Source: Chthoniobacterales bacterium (lineage in GTDB: Bacteria > Verrucomicrobiota > Verrucomicrobiia > Chthoniobacterales > JAATET01). Taken from it: 64,000 nucleotides of DNA. The position numbers were made by a program, and so were the translations under genes. The notes beneath the pieces were generated by a model. It was not told where the DNA came from. It did no database searches and saw only the letters and a program-made list of their open reading frames with translations. This document shows positions 63,501 through 64,000 of this stretch, piece after piece. The first letter of the stretch is position 1. Every line of letters begins with the position of its first letter. Location: assembly GCA_015655545.1 (NCBI GenBank), contig JAATET010000070.1:11841-75840 (forward strand). The letters run 5' to 3'.

Positions 63501-64000
63501 CGGCCTCCGAAATTCCGGAGAGGCTGCCGGATGCGTGGCGGCGGCTCCCGAAGCCCGTGCATGCCGCCGCGCTGCTTGGAGCTCTCGAGTCCGTCTTCAC
63601 GAGCGGAGATGCGGTGTCGCTTCCGATCGCGCCATCCCATTTCCAGCTGGAGCTCGAAGCCGGGCCTGATTCCCGCCGCACGCGCATCCTGATCGTCGAG
63701 GATAATGCCGTGAATCAAAAGCTCATCAAACGCATGCTCGGGAACCTCGGCTACGAGGCGAAGGTGGTGGACACTGGCCAGGCTTGCATCGACGAGTGCG
63801 CCCGCGAGCGGTTCGATCTCGTGCTCATGGACATTCAAATGCCCGGCATGGACGGCTTTGAAACCACCCGGCATTTGCGCAAACAGGGCGACACCGCCTG
63901 GATCGTGGCCCTCACGGCGCACGTGATGATCGAAGACCGCGATCGTTGTCTGGCGGCGGGCATGAACGACTTTCTCGCCAAACCGATCCGCCTCGACGCG
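60578..64000 (+). CDS. Hybrid sensor histidine kinase/response regulator (3' end outside the window)
   Basis: Not in the ORF track because it has no stop in the window. The third forward frame is open from 60548 to 64000. It has a TM segment ([17 protein letters not shown]) and PAS-like repeats. The H-box is [21 protein letters not shown] (His codon 62558-62560). The HATPase region has SNAVKF..G, DTGIGI and [9 protein letters not shown]. A receiver-like domain without the acidic pair (RVLVAVPND) is followed by a canonical receiver ([11 protein letters not shown]...[13 protein letters not shown]...LTAH). The start is uncertain (GTG 60578, GTG 60641 or ATG 60671). Confidence 0.85.
   Translation, partial: [1141 protein letters not shown]

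Noticed and set aside
60571-63922. 1032-aa plus-strand ORF (60571-63669) and 1115-aa minus-strand ORF (60575-63922)
   Set aside because: Neither contains kinase motifs, and both are Arg/Gly-rich. The H-box, HATPase and receiver motifs all lie in the third forward frame. That frame is missing from the ORF track only because it has no stop before the window end.
1-64000. tRNA, rRNA or tmRNA genes in intergenic regions
   Set aside because: All intergenic gaps are shorter than ~180 nt. By eye none shows a cloverleaf-compatible GTTCGAATC-type T-arm or rRNA-like conserved blocks. This was not verified with tRNAscan or Infernal.

Overview
High-GC (about two-thirds G+C by eye) bacterial chromosome segment that looks like Verrucomicrobiota, Opitutales-like. 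The taxonomic guess rests on a PEP-CTERM giant protein, autotransporter-associated beta-strand repeats and an Amuc_1098-1102-type pilus-like cluster. Most of the window is housekeeping and transport. This includes rfbBD, ruvB, trpC, cutA, mnmA, lpxD, rho, coaE, aroD and trpD. It also includes a complete LIV-type ABC operon, a second ABC importer, an RND efflux pair, a UDP-xylose synthase with a priming sugar transferase, and a hybrid sensor kinase that runs off the right edge. Two regions stand out. (1) Positions ~3.7-18.4 kb form an accessory block bracketed by two partial ykgJ-like (CxxCxxCC) gene fragments. It carries a 1957-aa PEP-CTERM protein, a LuxR-type regulator, an MFS transporter and an autotransporter broken by an in-frame TAA. 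It also holds a SymE-like gene next to a frameshifted SLOG/'molybdenum-carrier'-like gene, an AT-rich orphan gene, the tail of a serine recombinase and an intact inverted ykgJ copy. I read it as a decaying integrated island, but that is inference. (2) Positions 36.2-45.9 kb hold an Akkermansia Amuc_1098-1102-like type IV pilus-like cluster with two tandem secretin paralogues and a PilM fused to a PilN/O-like part. No pilin, ATPase or platform gene is in the window. Two families of intergenic palindromic elements recur. I saw no rRNA, tRNA or CRISPR array. Many long ORFs in the track are antisense or off-frame artefacts of the high GC content and were rejected. All family calls come from motif recognition by eye; no database search was run.
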